Virus record (IMG/VR): IMGVR_UViG_2554235126_000004
Strand: one strand, 5' to 3'
Length of the DNA: 39,628 nt
Source: a virus
Taxonomy: Duplodnaviria; Heunggongvirae; Uroviricota; Caudoviricetes
Shown: positions 8,005 to 15,836 of the stretch, piece by piece
Numbering within the stretch: position 1 is the first letter of the stretch
Layout of the letters: each line of letters begins with the position of its first letter
Made by a program: the position numbers and the translations under genes
The notes under the pieces: model-generated
The model's database searches: none
Seen by the model: the letters and a program-made list of their open reading frames with translations, nothing else
Told to the model about the DNA's origin: nothing

Positions 8005-8946
8005 ATGAGCACTAAATTAACCGGTTATGTATGGGATGGTTGCGCTGCATCAGGCATGAAGTTATCCAGCGTGGCAATTATGGCCCGCCTGGCTGATTTC
8101 AGTAATGACGAAGGTGTGTGCTGGCCATCAATTGAAACCATTGCCCGTCAAATTGGCGCGGGGATGAGTACCGTCAGAACGGCTATCGCACGGCTGGAAG
8201 CAGAAGGCTGGTTAACGCGTAAGGCGCGTCGCCAGGGTAACCGCAATGCGTCGAATGTTTATCAGCTTAACGTTGCGAAGCTTCAGGCAGCGGCATTTTC
8301 TCAACTGTCAGATTCTGACCCGTCAAAATCTGACGCATCAAAATCTGACCCGTCAAAATTTGATGCGTCGAAATCTGGCAAAAAAGCGGGTTTTCACCCG
8401 TCAGAATCTGGCGGGGATCCGTCAGTAAAATCAAAACATGATCCGTCAGATAAAAAACCTTCTCGTCCGGACGCTTCGCAACCGGACACGCAGACGGATG
8501 AACAGGATTTTTTAACTCGCCATCCTGATGCGGTTGTATTCAGCCCTAAAAAGCGCCAGTGGGGGACGAAGGATGATTTGACCTGCGCACAGTGGCTCTG
8601 GAAAAAAATCATCGCCCTGTACGAGCAGGCTGCCGAATGTGACGGCGAGGTGGTTCGTCCCAAAGAACCGAACTGGACAGCCTGGGCAAACGAAATTCGC
8701 CTGATGTGTGTACAGGATGGGCGTACTCACAAACAAATCTGCGAGATGTACAGCCGCGTCAGCCGCGATCCGTTCTGGTGCCGTAACGTGCTCAGCCCGT
8801 CGAAGCTGCGGGAAAAATGGGATGAGCTTTCCCTGCGCTTATCGCCGTCCGTCAGCACGTACACCGAAAAACGCGAGGACCCGTACTTCAAAGCCAGTTA
8901 CGACAACGTGGACTACAGCCAGATCCCGACAGGATTCAGAGGGTGA
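8005..8946 (+). CDS. replication initiation protein (O-like; N-terminal winged-helix domain, repeat-rich linker, C-terminal domain)
   Basis: 313 aa; N-terminus resembles phage replication-protein HTH domains; central SDPSKSDASKSDPSKFDASKS repeat encoded by iteron-like DNA repeats. Confidence 0.75.
   Translation: MSTKLTGYVWDGCAASGMKLSSVAIMARLADFSNDEGVCWPSIETIARQIGAGMSTVRTAIARLEAEGWLTRKARRQGNRNASNVYQLNVAKLQAAAFSQLSDSDPSKSDASKSDPSKFDASKSGKKAGFHPSESGGDPSVKSKHDPSDKKPSRPDASQPDTQTDEQDFLTRHPDAVVFSPKKRQWGTKDDLTCAQWLWKKIIALYEQAAECDGEVVRPKEPNWTAWANEIRLMCVQDGRTHKQICEMYSRVSRDPFWCRNVLSPSKLREKWDELSLRLSPSVSTYTEKREDPYFKASYDNVDYSQIPTGFRG
8310..8470 (+). repeat. iteron-like tandem repeats (TCTGACCCGTCAAAA-type, CCGTCA core) inside replication gene; candidate origin
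   Basis: At least four adjacent about 15-bp units at 8313-8372 plus further CCGTCAG copies to about 8450, followed by an A-rich stretch; analogous to ori-lambda within O. Confidence 0.55.
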
Positions 8947-8948
8947 TC

Positions 8949-9437
8949 ATGAGTCTGTTAAATGACGTTCAGAAATTCATTGAAGCCCATCCGGGGTGTA
9001 CTTCCGGAGACATTGCGGATGCTTTTGCAGGTTACTCACGGCAGCGCGTTCTGCAGTCTGCAAGCAAGTTACGTCAGAGTGGGCGTGTGGCTCACCGTTG
9101 TGAAGGAGATACACGCAGACATTTCCCGCGCCTGACTGAGAGAGCGCAGGAACCGGAACCACAACCAGTTCGAGAAACCAGACCTGTGCGCAATTTCTAT
9201 GTCGGCACTAACGATCCACGGGTGATTTTGTGCCTGACCCGCCAGGCTGAAGAACTGGAGTCCAGGGGCTTATACCGTCGTGCTGCAACCGTGTGGATGG
9301 CGGCATTCCGTGAAAGCCACTCCCAGCCAGAACGAAACAATTTTCTGGCGCGTCGTGAGCTGTGTTTACGGAAAAGCAGCAAGCGCGCTGTATCGAGTGA
9401 TGAGTGGTATCTGTCAGGGAATTACGTGGGGGCGTAA
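8949..9437 (+). CDS. putative regulator (PerC-like C-terminal region, recalled resemblance)
   Basis: 162 aa; AGAGGG RBS 5 nt upstream of ATG 8949; motif LESRGLYRRAATVW. Confidence 0.45.
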   Translation: MSLLNDVQKFIEAHPGCTSGDIADAFAGYSRQRVLQSASKLRQSGRVAHRCEGDTRRHFPRLTERAQEPEPQPVRETRPVRNFYVGTNDPRVILCLTRQAEELESRGLYRRAATVWMAAFRESHSQPERNNFLARRELCLRKSSKRAVSSDEWYLSGNYVGA

Positions 9438-9763
9438 TGACGACGTTAACTCAATGCCAGCAGCAGGTGCTGGATATGCTGATTTCTTATCAGAAAGAGC
9501 GTGGCTTTCCGCCAACCAATCAGGAGGTGGCAACCATGCTGGGATACCGTTCAGTGAATGCAGCGGTAGAGCATCTTCGCGCACTGGAGAAAAAAGGCGT
9601 CATCACGATAAAGCGTGGCGTGGCCCGGGGGATAACGCTTCATACCGCGGTGAAGGACGACGACAGCGAGGCGGTCGGGATTATCCGCGCACTGCTTGCC
9701 GGTGAGGAAAACGCAAGGCTGCGTGCAACCCACTGGTTACATGAGAGGGGCCTGAAAGTATGA
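9437..9763 (+). CDS. LexA N-terminal DNA-binding-domain protein (no peptidase domain)
   Basis: 108 aa; QQQVLDMLISYQKERGFPPTNQEVATMLGYRSVNAAVEHLRALEKKGVI closely parallels the LexA winged-helix domain; TAATG overlap with upstream gene. Confidence 0.7.
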   Translation: MTTLTQCQQQVLDMLISYQKERGFPPTNQEVATMLGYRSVNAAVEHLRALEKKGVITIKRGVARGITLHTAVKDDDSEAVGIIRALLAGEENARLRATHWLHERGLKV

Positions 9764-10149
9764 AGCTGATCCTGCCTTTTCCGCCCAGCGTGAACACGTA
9801 CTGGCGACACCCCAACAAAGGGGCGTTTGCTGGTAAGAGCCTGATAAGCGCGGCGGGGCGAAAATTCCAGAGCGCAGCGTGCGCAGCAATAGTTGAGCAG
9901 TTACGTCGTCTGCCGAAACCAACGTCGGCACCTGCTTCAGTGGAGATCGTGTTGTTTCCTCCGGATAACCGGATCCGCGATCTGGACAACTATAACAAGG
10001 CGCTGTTTGACGCCCTGACCCACGCGGGTGTGTGGGAAGACGACAGCCAAGTGAAAAGAATGTTGGTGGAGTGGGGACCGGTTATCCCGGAAGGGAAGGT
10101 CGAGATCACTATCAGTAAGTACGAGAAACCGGCGGGTGCAGCCGCCTGA
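9760..10149 (+). CDS. rusA: RusA Holliday-junction resolvase
   Basis: 129 aa; PPSVNTYWRH...RDLDNYNKALFDALT...W.DD.QV matches RusA family pattern. Confidence 0.9.
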   Translation: MKLILPFPPSVNTYWRHPNKGAFAGKSLISAAGRKFQSAACAAIVEQLRRLPKPTSAPASVEIVLFPPDNRIRDLDNYNKALFDALTHAGVWEDDSQVKRMLVEWGPVIPEGKVEITISKYEKPAGAAA

Positions 10150-10168
10150 TTAAGAGGAGAAAGGAAGT

Positions 10169-10966
10169 ATGAATAATCTGATGGTAATTGATGGTATTGA
10201 AGTTCGTCGTGATGCTTATGGGCGTTACAGCCTGAACGATCTGCACAGGGCTGCCGGTTCTCTGGATAAGCATAAGCCTGCATTCTGGCTCCGCAATGAG
10301 CAAACTGAACGTTTAATAAGCGAGTTACAGATTTGCAACTCAGTCAATATAGAGCCAGTTAACGTTATTCGTGGCGGAAATAACCAGGGGACGTATGTCT
10401 GCAAAGAACTGGTGTATGCCTATGCAATGTGGATCAGCCCGTCATTCCATCTGAAGGTGATCCGTACTTTCGATATGGTAACCAGCGCACCGGAAAAATT
10501 ATCCGGACAGGCTGCTGACAAGATGCAGGCTGGTGTGATTCTGCTGGACTTTATGCGCCGGGAATTAAACCTGTCTAACTCTTCAGTGCTTGGTGCCTGT
10601 CAGAAACTCCAGGAGGCTGTTGGCTTACCGAATCTGGCACCGCGCTATGCCATTGATGCTCCTGCTGACGCGCCTGATGGCTCAAGCCGCCCCACGCTGT
10701 CACTGAGTGCACTGCTGAAGCAGTATGGTATCCGCCTGACAGCTAATCAGGCATATCACCAGATGGTGACGCTGGGGATCGTCGAGCAGCGCGAACGATA
10801 CAGCCGTACCGCGATTAACAACATCAAAAAATTCTGGTCGCTGACAGCGAAAGGCTGCATGTTCGGCAAGAATATCACCAGTCCCGCAAATCCGCGCGAG
10901 ACGCAGCCGCATTTCTTCGAATCCCGATTCCCTGAGCTGTTAAAGCTGCTCGATACCGTTCATTGA
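10169..10966 (+). CDS. KilA-N domain antirepressor-like protein
   Basis: 265 aa; N-terminal KilA-N-like region followed by antirepressor-like C-terminal region; GAGGAGAAAGGAAG RBS. Confidence 0.75.
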   Translation: MNNLMVIDGIEVRRDAYGRYSLNDLHRAAGSLDKHKPAFWLRNEQTERLISELQICNSVNIEPVNVIRGGNNQGTYVCKELVYAYAMWISPSFHLKVIRTFDMVTSAPEKLSGQAADKMQAGVILLDFMRRELNLSNSSVLGACQKLQEAVGLPNLAPRYAIDAPADAPDGSSRPTLSLSALLKQYGIRLTANQAYHQMVTLGIVEQRERYSRTAINNIKKFWSLTAKGCMFGKNITSPANPRETQPHFFESRFPELLKLLDTVH

Positions 10967-10967
10967 G

Positions 10968-11963
10968 GTGACCGTGAGAGCACTACTGACTCCTGAAATT
11001 GCCCCGCGTATGGGGATCGTATTGTTCAGGCCAGGTTCAGAGCTGATGCCCCTGTTTATGCAGGGGCGTGTCCTGCTGGAGCCTGAGCCGGAATGTTATT
11101 CATCTTTCGCCAGTGGTGCCGTTCCGGCGGCATCACAACCGCTGGTGGATGATCCTGCCGTTCGGGCCGTGTTCCGCAATGAGGCAGTGATCCGTCGTGC
11201 TGGTGGCGTGGAATGTCTTGAAAGCTGGTTACTTCGTGAAAAGGGCTGTCAGTGGCCTCATTCCGACTGGCACAGCGAGAACATTACCACAATGCGACAC
11301 GCTCCGGGCGCAATCCGTCTGTGCTGGCACTGTGATAACCAGCTGCGCGATCAGTTCACGGAACGGCTGGAATCAATGGCAACGGATAACTGTGCCCGCT
11401 GGGTGTTGTCTGTTGTGCGTCGGGATCTCGGTTTTGATTATAGTCACGTTGTGACAATGCCGGAACTGTGCTGGTGGCTGATTCGTAATGACCTGGCGGA
11501 TGCCTTACCGGAAAGTGCAGCCCGTAAGGCACTGAGATTACCGAAGCCTGTTGTGCCGTCTGTCACCCGGGAAAGTGACCTTGTGCCTTCGGTTCCTGCC
11601 ACCAGCATCATCCAGGATAAGGCGAAAAAGATGCTGGCGCTGAAAGTGGATCCGGAGTCGCCGGAGTCTTTTATGTTACGCCCAAAACGTCGCCGCTGGG
11701 TTAATGAAAAGTACACGCGCTGGGTTAAGACGCAGCCGTGCGCATGTTGTGGAAAACCTGCTGATGATCCCCACCACCTGATAGGCCACGGTCAGGGGGG
11801 AATGGGTACAAAAGCGCATGACCTCTTTGTGTTGCCTTTGTGCAGAAAGCATCACGACGAGCTGCATGCGGATACCGTGGCATTTGAAGAGAAGTATGGC
11901 TCCCAGCTGGAGCTGATATTTCGTTTTATCGATCGTGCGCTGGAAATAGGCGTGCTGGCCTGA
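10968..11963 (+). CDS. DUF968-like protein with C-terminal Cys/His HNH-like motif
   Basis: 331 aa; C-terminus CACCGKPADDPHHL...HDLFVLPLCRKHHDELH; start codon uncertain (GTG at 10968 or 10974). Confidence 0.55.
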   Translation: MTVRALLTPEIAPRMGIVLFRPGSELMPLFMQGRVLLEPEPECYSSFASGAVPAASQPLVDDPAVRAVFRNEAVIRRAGGVECLESWLLREKGCQWPHSDWHSENITTMRHAPGAIRLCWHCDNQLRDQFTERLESMATDNCARWVLSVVRRDLGFDYSHVVTMPELCWWLIRNDLADALPESAARKALRLPKPVVPSVTRESDLVPSVPATSIIQDKAKKMLALKVDPESPESFMLRPKRRRWVNEKYTRWVKTQPCACCGKPADDPHHLIGHGQGGMGTKAHDLFVLPLCRKHHDELHADTVAFEEKYGSQLELIFRFIDRALEIGVLA

Positions 11964-11980
11964 TTTTGTGGAGAAATTTG

Positions 11981-12346
11981 ATGCGTGATATTCAGATCAT
12001 CCTTGAACGTTGGGGGGCATGGGCAGCTAGTGATAGCTCAGGAGTGGACTATTCGCCTATAGCTGCTGGGTTTAAGGGACTTCTTCCCTATACCAGTAAG
12101 GCACGCCAAGCTTGTTCAGATAATGATGCGCTAATTATTGAAAGTTGCTTGGAGCAACTAAAAAAAAGAAAACCTTATGAGCATTCTTTACTGGTTGCGC
12201 ATTATTTGTACGGGTTTTCAAAGCGGAAGATTGCCAAAATACAAGGAAAGGATGAGAAATTAATCCGTATAGAAATATTGTTAGCAGAGGGATTCATTGA
12301 TGGTTGCCTTTCTACTCTCGATATTCATTTAGATATGGAGTTATAA
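11981..12346 (+). CDS. late-gene antiterminator Q (QuuD / phage 82-type family)
   Basis: Start placed at ATG 11981 (MRDIQIILERWGAWAA...) with GGAG RBS; strong pattern match to the Phage_antitermQ family as recalled. Confidence 0.8.
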   Translation: MRDIQIILERWGAWAASDSSGVDYSPIAAGFKGLLPYTSKARQACSDNDALIIESCLEQLKKRKPYEHSLLVAHYLYGFSKRKIAKIQGKDEKLIRIEILLAEGFIDGCLSTLDIHLDMEL

Positions 12347-12356
12347 TAAAAAATAA

Positions 12357-12381
12357 CCCCGTAAACTTTATGTTTACGGGG
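12357..12381 (-). terminator. rho-independent terminator of the TIR-like gene (also downstream of Q)
   Basis: 10-bp perfect stem CCCCGTAAAC/GTTTACGGGG with 5-nt loop; on minus strand followed by UUAUUUUUUA. Confidence 0.6.
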
Positions 12382-12386
12382 GAAGG

Positions 12387-13202
12387 TTATTTCTTTTTTT
12401 TATTACTTTCAGATAATCGTTGGTTTAATGTGTATTTTATTTGGTTCCTAATCATTTTTTCAGGAATGTCATATTTGTCTAAGAATGATATTATTTCATC
12501 CTCGTCAAGCAATCCATTCTTTATAATTTCATCTATCTGTTTTTGTAGATACCAAACATCCTTCTGTTCTACAGGAGTTAAATTCATATGGCTATTTATG
12601 GAGTTGATAGTAGCATCACGTTCAAGAACTCTAATCCTTTGATTTAATGAACGAGTGTTTTGTAATATTTCAGATAAAAGATCTTGTTCAGTACGTGGTT
12701 TTACTTCTTCAGTTGGAGGGTATTGATCTAAAGCTCGTTTAAAATTGTTTTCAAATTGCTCCCAGTATGTATTAAAAACTTGCTTTAGAATACGGTCATC
12801 TAAAGATTTATCGACAAGACAATTGTTTATTGTCCTTACTAATTCCCAAACACTCTCTTTATTTGGCGTTGTGTGATTGAATTGAGCAAGTGGATCTTTT
12901 AAATCTTCTGGTTTTAAGTCAATCAAGAATGTACAAACTTTATTTGTTGAAAGTCCTTTTGCTAGTGCTCCTGTTTCAAACAAAATCCATGGTTTATTTT
13001 TATTTTCTTGTGTCAAACATACAATGCCGACAGATACATCTTTTAATTTATCATTAATTTCAGAGAACCATATAGCGCCACGATCAATATCTCTGGTTGA
13101 AATCCATGGCTGCGAAGCTTGGATAACACACTTCAGCCAGTCGCTAATAAGTTCTGCAACAGCTTGACTTCTTTGCCCAGACCAACTTATGAACACTTTC
13201 AT
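12387..13202 (-). CDS. TIR-like domain protein with uncharacterised helical C-terminal domain (candidate anti-phage defence effector)
   Basis: Start placed at ATG 13202 (MKVFISWSG...) with GGAG RBS; N-terminal pattern KVFISWS ... GIVCLTQEN ... PWILFETG (Trp/Glu motif) typical of bacterial TIR / TIR-like domains; AT-rich; opposite strand to flanking late genes. Confidence 0.6.
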   Translation of the reverse strand: MKVFISWSGQRSQAVAELISDWLKCVIQASQPWISTRDIDRGAIWFSEINDKLKDVSVGIVCLTQENKNKPWILFETGALAKGLSTNKVCTFLIDLKPEDLKDPLAQFNHTTPNKESVWELVRTINNCLVDKSLDDRILKQVFNTYWEQFENNFKRALDQYPPTEEVKPRTEQDLLSEILQNTRSLNQRIRVLERDATINSINSHMNLTPVEQKDVWYLQKQIDEIIKNGLLDEDEIISFLDKYDIPEKMIRNQIKYTLNQRLSESNKKKK

Positions 13203-13325
13203 TATGTACTCCATGTAATCACTCAAAAGGAACTGAAATTTACATTAAAAATTAAATAAAATCACTCACGCGGTCCGCAGAAACCATTGTAATCTGTTAT
13301 GAGTGGTTACTTCGCCACACAACTT

Positions 13326-13357
13326 AAACCCGCCGTCGAGCGGGTTTTGTCGTTTCT
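13326..13357 (+). terminator. rho-independent terminator in late-operon leader (tR'-like), downstream of presumed late promoter
   Basis: Stem AAACCCGC/GCGGGTTT with 6-nt loop followed by TGTCGTTTC; lies between Q region and holin as in lambdoid pR'-tR' arrangement. Confidence 0.5.
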
Positions 13358-13499
13358 GGGCCTAGGGATTAATTGCTTCTGCCCTATCCCGCAGTTATCC
13401 ATTGGCTCGGCTTCTTTTACGTTTCCGCTTCTGATTTGCGGTTCGTGGTACACCCTCAATTTGCACCTCCTTTATCGGCGAGGTGAGAGATAACTACAA

Positions 13500-13826
13500 A
13501 TGCCTCATAACCCAAATACCTGGCTGGAGTTGTTCCAGAGCTGGTGGCGTGGAGACACACCACTGGGCGCAGTAATTATGTCGATCGTTATGGCTGGCTT
13601 GCGCATTGCCTATTTTGGCGGTGGTGGTGGCTGGAAGCGAAAAACGCTCGAGATTTTTCTCTGTGGCGCTCTGACACTGACTTTTGCATCCGCTCTTGAG
13701 TATGTCGGATGGCCTAAATCTCTTTCTGTTGCCATTGGTGGCGGCGTTGGGCTGATCGGGGTCGATGCTATTCGTGGTGCGGCAATGAGAGTAATCGGTA
13801 ACAAGTTTGGTAGCTCGAAGGAGTAA
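13500..13826 (+). CDS. holin
   Basis: 108 aa with hydrophobic helices and charged C-terminus, immediately upstream of endolysin. Confidence 0.75.
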   Translation: MPHNPNTWLELFQSWWRGDTPLGAVIMSIVMAGLRIAYFGGGGGWKRKTLEIFLCGALTLTFASALEYVGWPKSLSVAIGGGVGLIGVDAIRGAAMRVIGNKFGSSKE

Positions 13827-13829
13827 TTT

Positions 13830-14306
13830 ATGCAGGAACTAAATCCTCAGCGTAAAGCTTTCCTTGATATGGTGGCCTGGTCAGAAGGAACGGATAACGG
13901 GCGACAACCGACACGTAACCACGGTTATGACGTTATTGTTGGCGGCGAACTGTTTACTGATTACTCCGATCACCCTCGCAAACTTGTCACGCTAAACCCC
14001 AAACTCAAATCAACAGCAGCCGGACGTTACCAGCTTCTTTCCCGTTGGTGGGATGCTTACCGTAAGCAACTTGGACTGAAAGACTTCTCTCCGAAAAGCC
14101 AGGATGCTGTTGCGCTGCAGCAGATTAAGGAGCGTGGCGCTTTACCGATGATTGATCGCGGTGATATTCGTCAGGCAATCGACCGTTGCAGCAATATCTG
14201 GGCGTCGTTACCTGGTGCAGGTTATGGTCAGTATGAACATAAAATAGGCGACCTGATTGCCCGATTTAAAGAGGCTGGTGGGGAAGTAAATGAAGCTGAG
14301 ATATAA
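13830..14306 (+). CDS. endolysin, lambda R-type lytic transglycosylase
   Basis: 158 aa; near-identical over long stretches to lambda R as recalled (QRKAFLDM.AWSEGTDNGRQ.TRNHGYDVIVGGELFTDYSDHPRKLV...). Confidence 0.9.
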   Translation: MQELNPQRKAFLDMVAWSEGTDNGRQPTRNHGYDVIVGGELFTDYSDHPRKLVTLNPKLKSTAAGRYQLLSRWWDAYRKQLGLKDFSPKSQDAVALQQIKERGALPMIDRGDIRQAIDRCSNIWASLPGAGYGQYEHKIGDLIARFKEAGGEVNEAEI

Positions 14307-14682
14307 GCTGGTTATTGTTGCCTTCTTTGTTACCGTCATTGATTCCTTCATCTGGTCTACCGGGCATTACTACAGCAAATATCAGCACGAAAAGGAGCGT
14401 GCTGATGAGGCTGTACGAAATGCTGAATCAGCAACTGCCATTACCCGTAACGTTCTGCAATCACTGCAAATCATCAATACAGTTATAGAGGCTAACCAGC
14501 ATGCAAAACAGCAGATCGTACTGGAGTCACAGAGAACCCAGGAAGATATCAAAGTGGCTGTTGCGGATGATGATTGTGCTTCACGTCATGTGCCTGCTGC
14601 CGCTGCTGACCGGTTGCGGAAGTACGCGAACAGTTTACGTACCGATTCCGGCGGTACCGTTGCCAGCAAGCCTGACTACTGA
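14290..14682 (+). CDS. Rz-like i-spanin
   Basis: 130 aa with N-terminal TM segment, follows endolysin with overlap. Confidence 0.7.
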   Translation: MKLRYKLVIVAFFVTVIDSFIWSTGHYYSKYQHEKERADEAVRNAESATAITRNVLQSLQIINTVIEANQHAKQQIVLESQRTQEDIKVAVADDDCASRHVPAAAADRLRKYANSLRTDSGGTVASKPDY

Positions 14683-14839
14683 AACTCCCCAGCCAGTCAT
14701 TCCCGAGCCGCTGACCTATGGGGCCAGTCTGGATCTGAATGTGAGCCTGCTTTCGGCGTTGGGACAATGCAATATTGACAAAGCGGGGATTCGAAATATC
14801 GAGATGCGCCGTAACGCTTTGCTGGCAGCAGGCAAATAG
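14567..14839 (+). CDS. Rz1-like o-spanin lipoprotein (+1 frame, overlapping Rz)
   Basis: Start at MMIVLHVMCLLPLLTGC with lipobox LTGC; begins inside Rz and extends past it; Pro-rich. Confidence 0.65.
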   Translation: MMIVLHVMCLLPLLTGCGSTRTVYVPIPAVPLPASLTTETPQPVIPEPLTYGASLDLNVSLLSALGQCNIDKAGIRNIEMRRNALLAAGK

Positions 14840-14865
14840 TCCGGACAAAGAACAGGAATATATTT

Positions 14866-15216
14866 ATGCCCCCCCGAACTCCAAAAGCCTGCCGCGTTCG
14901 CGGCTGCCGTAATACCACGACAGACCCGTCAGGCTACTGCGAAAGCCACAAAAGCGAAGGCTGGAAGCAATACAAGTCAGGACAATCCCGTCATCAGCGC
15001 GGTTATGGTTCTAAGTGGGATGTTATCCGCGCGCGTGTCCTGAAGCGTGACAAAGGTCTGTGTCAGTTATGTCTGCGTGCTGGTGTGGTACGTGAGGCGA
15101 AGACCGTTGACCACATCATCCCTAAAGCGCGTGGCGGCACTGATGCCGACAGTAATCTACAGAGCCTGTGTTGGCCGTGTCATAAGGCGAAGACGGCCCG
15201 TGAATGGCTGAAGTAA
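14866..15216 (+). CDS. HNH endonuclease (terminase-associated)
   Basis: 116 aa; Cys pairs and DHIIP...N...LC..CH motif; immediately upstream of small terminase as in HK97-like phages. Confidence 0.85.
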   Translation: MPPRTPKACRVRGCRNTTTDPSGYCESHKSEGWKQYKSGQSRHQRGYGSKWDVIRARVLKRDKGLCQLCLRAGVVREAKTVDHIIPKARGGTDADSNLQSLCWPCHKAKTAREWLK

Positions 15217-15242
15217 GAACCAGCTCCCACTGCCAGAGGGGA

Positions 15243-15300
15243 GGGGCGGGTCAAATCCCTGTGACCTGACGTCTTCCGGACTGCCCGCCCCATCGTTTTT
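15243..15300 (+). other. GC-rich hairpin plus T-run between HNH and terS (terminator and/or cos-site region)
   Basis: GGGGCGGG ... CCCGCCCC inverted repeat with 33-nt loop followed by TCGTTTTTTT. Confidence 0.35.
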
Positions 15301-15332
15301 TTATACCCGCGAAAAATGAAATTTAACCAGGA

Positions 15333-15836
15333 GTGCCGCATATGGCTGGAACGGCGGGGCGTTCCGGGCGTCGCCCCAAGCCAACGGCGCGCAAGGCGCT
15401 GGCCGGAAACCCCGGCAAGCGAGCCCTGAACAAAGATGAACCCGTTTTTACGCCCATCAAAGGTGTTGAGCCACCGGAGTGGTTCGCTGAAGAAGAGCTC
15501 CCTCTCGCCACGATCATGTGGCAACTGACAACCAAAGAACTCTGCGGTCAGGGCCTGCTGTGCGTGACTGACCTCGCAGTGCTTGAGCGGTGGTGCGTAG
15601 CCTATGAGTTCTGGCGACGTGCTGTGAAAAATATTGCCAGACAGGGCAACACCATCACCGGTGCAATGGGCGGCATGGTCAAAAATCCGGAGCTGACCGC
15701 CAAAAAAGAACAGGAGTCCGAGATGAGCAGTACGGGGGCAATGCTCGGACTCGACCCCAGCAGCCGCCAGCGTCTGATTGGCCTGGCGGGGCAGAAGAAA
15801 GCCACTAACCCGTTTCTGAAAATTATCGAATCATGA
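15333..15836 (+). CDS. terminase small subunit (P27 / HK97 gp1-like)
   Basis: 167 aa, position upstream of large terminase, overlapping stop/start. Confidence 0.8.
   Translation: MPHMAGTAGRSGRRPKPTARKALAGNPGKRALNKDEPVFTPIKGVEPPEWFAEEELPLATIMWQLTTKELCGQGLLCVTDLAVLERWCVAYEFWRRAVKNIARQGNTITGAMGGMVKNPELTAKKEQESEMSSTGAMLGLDPSSRQRLIGLAGQKKATNPFLKIIES

Noticed and set aside
8310-8470. Tandem short repeats as a possible CRISPR array
   Set aside because: Units are about 15 bp with no spacers of unique sequence, they lie inside a coding sequence, and there are no cas genes; interpreted as origin iterons.
8246-8736. Several overlapping ORFs in both strands across the replication gene repeat region (8246..8428, 8394..8663, 8512..8736)
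   Set aside because: They lie inside the well-supported replication protein ORF and arise from the repetitive sequence; no independent start signals.
13299-13493. 64-aa ORF between the TIR-like gene and holin
   Set aside because: It spans the late promoter/terminator leader (hairpin at 13326-13357) and has no RBS; likely non-coding regulatory sequence.
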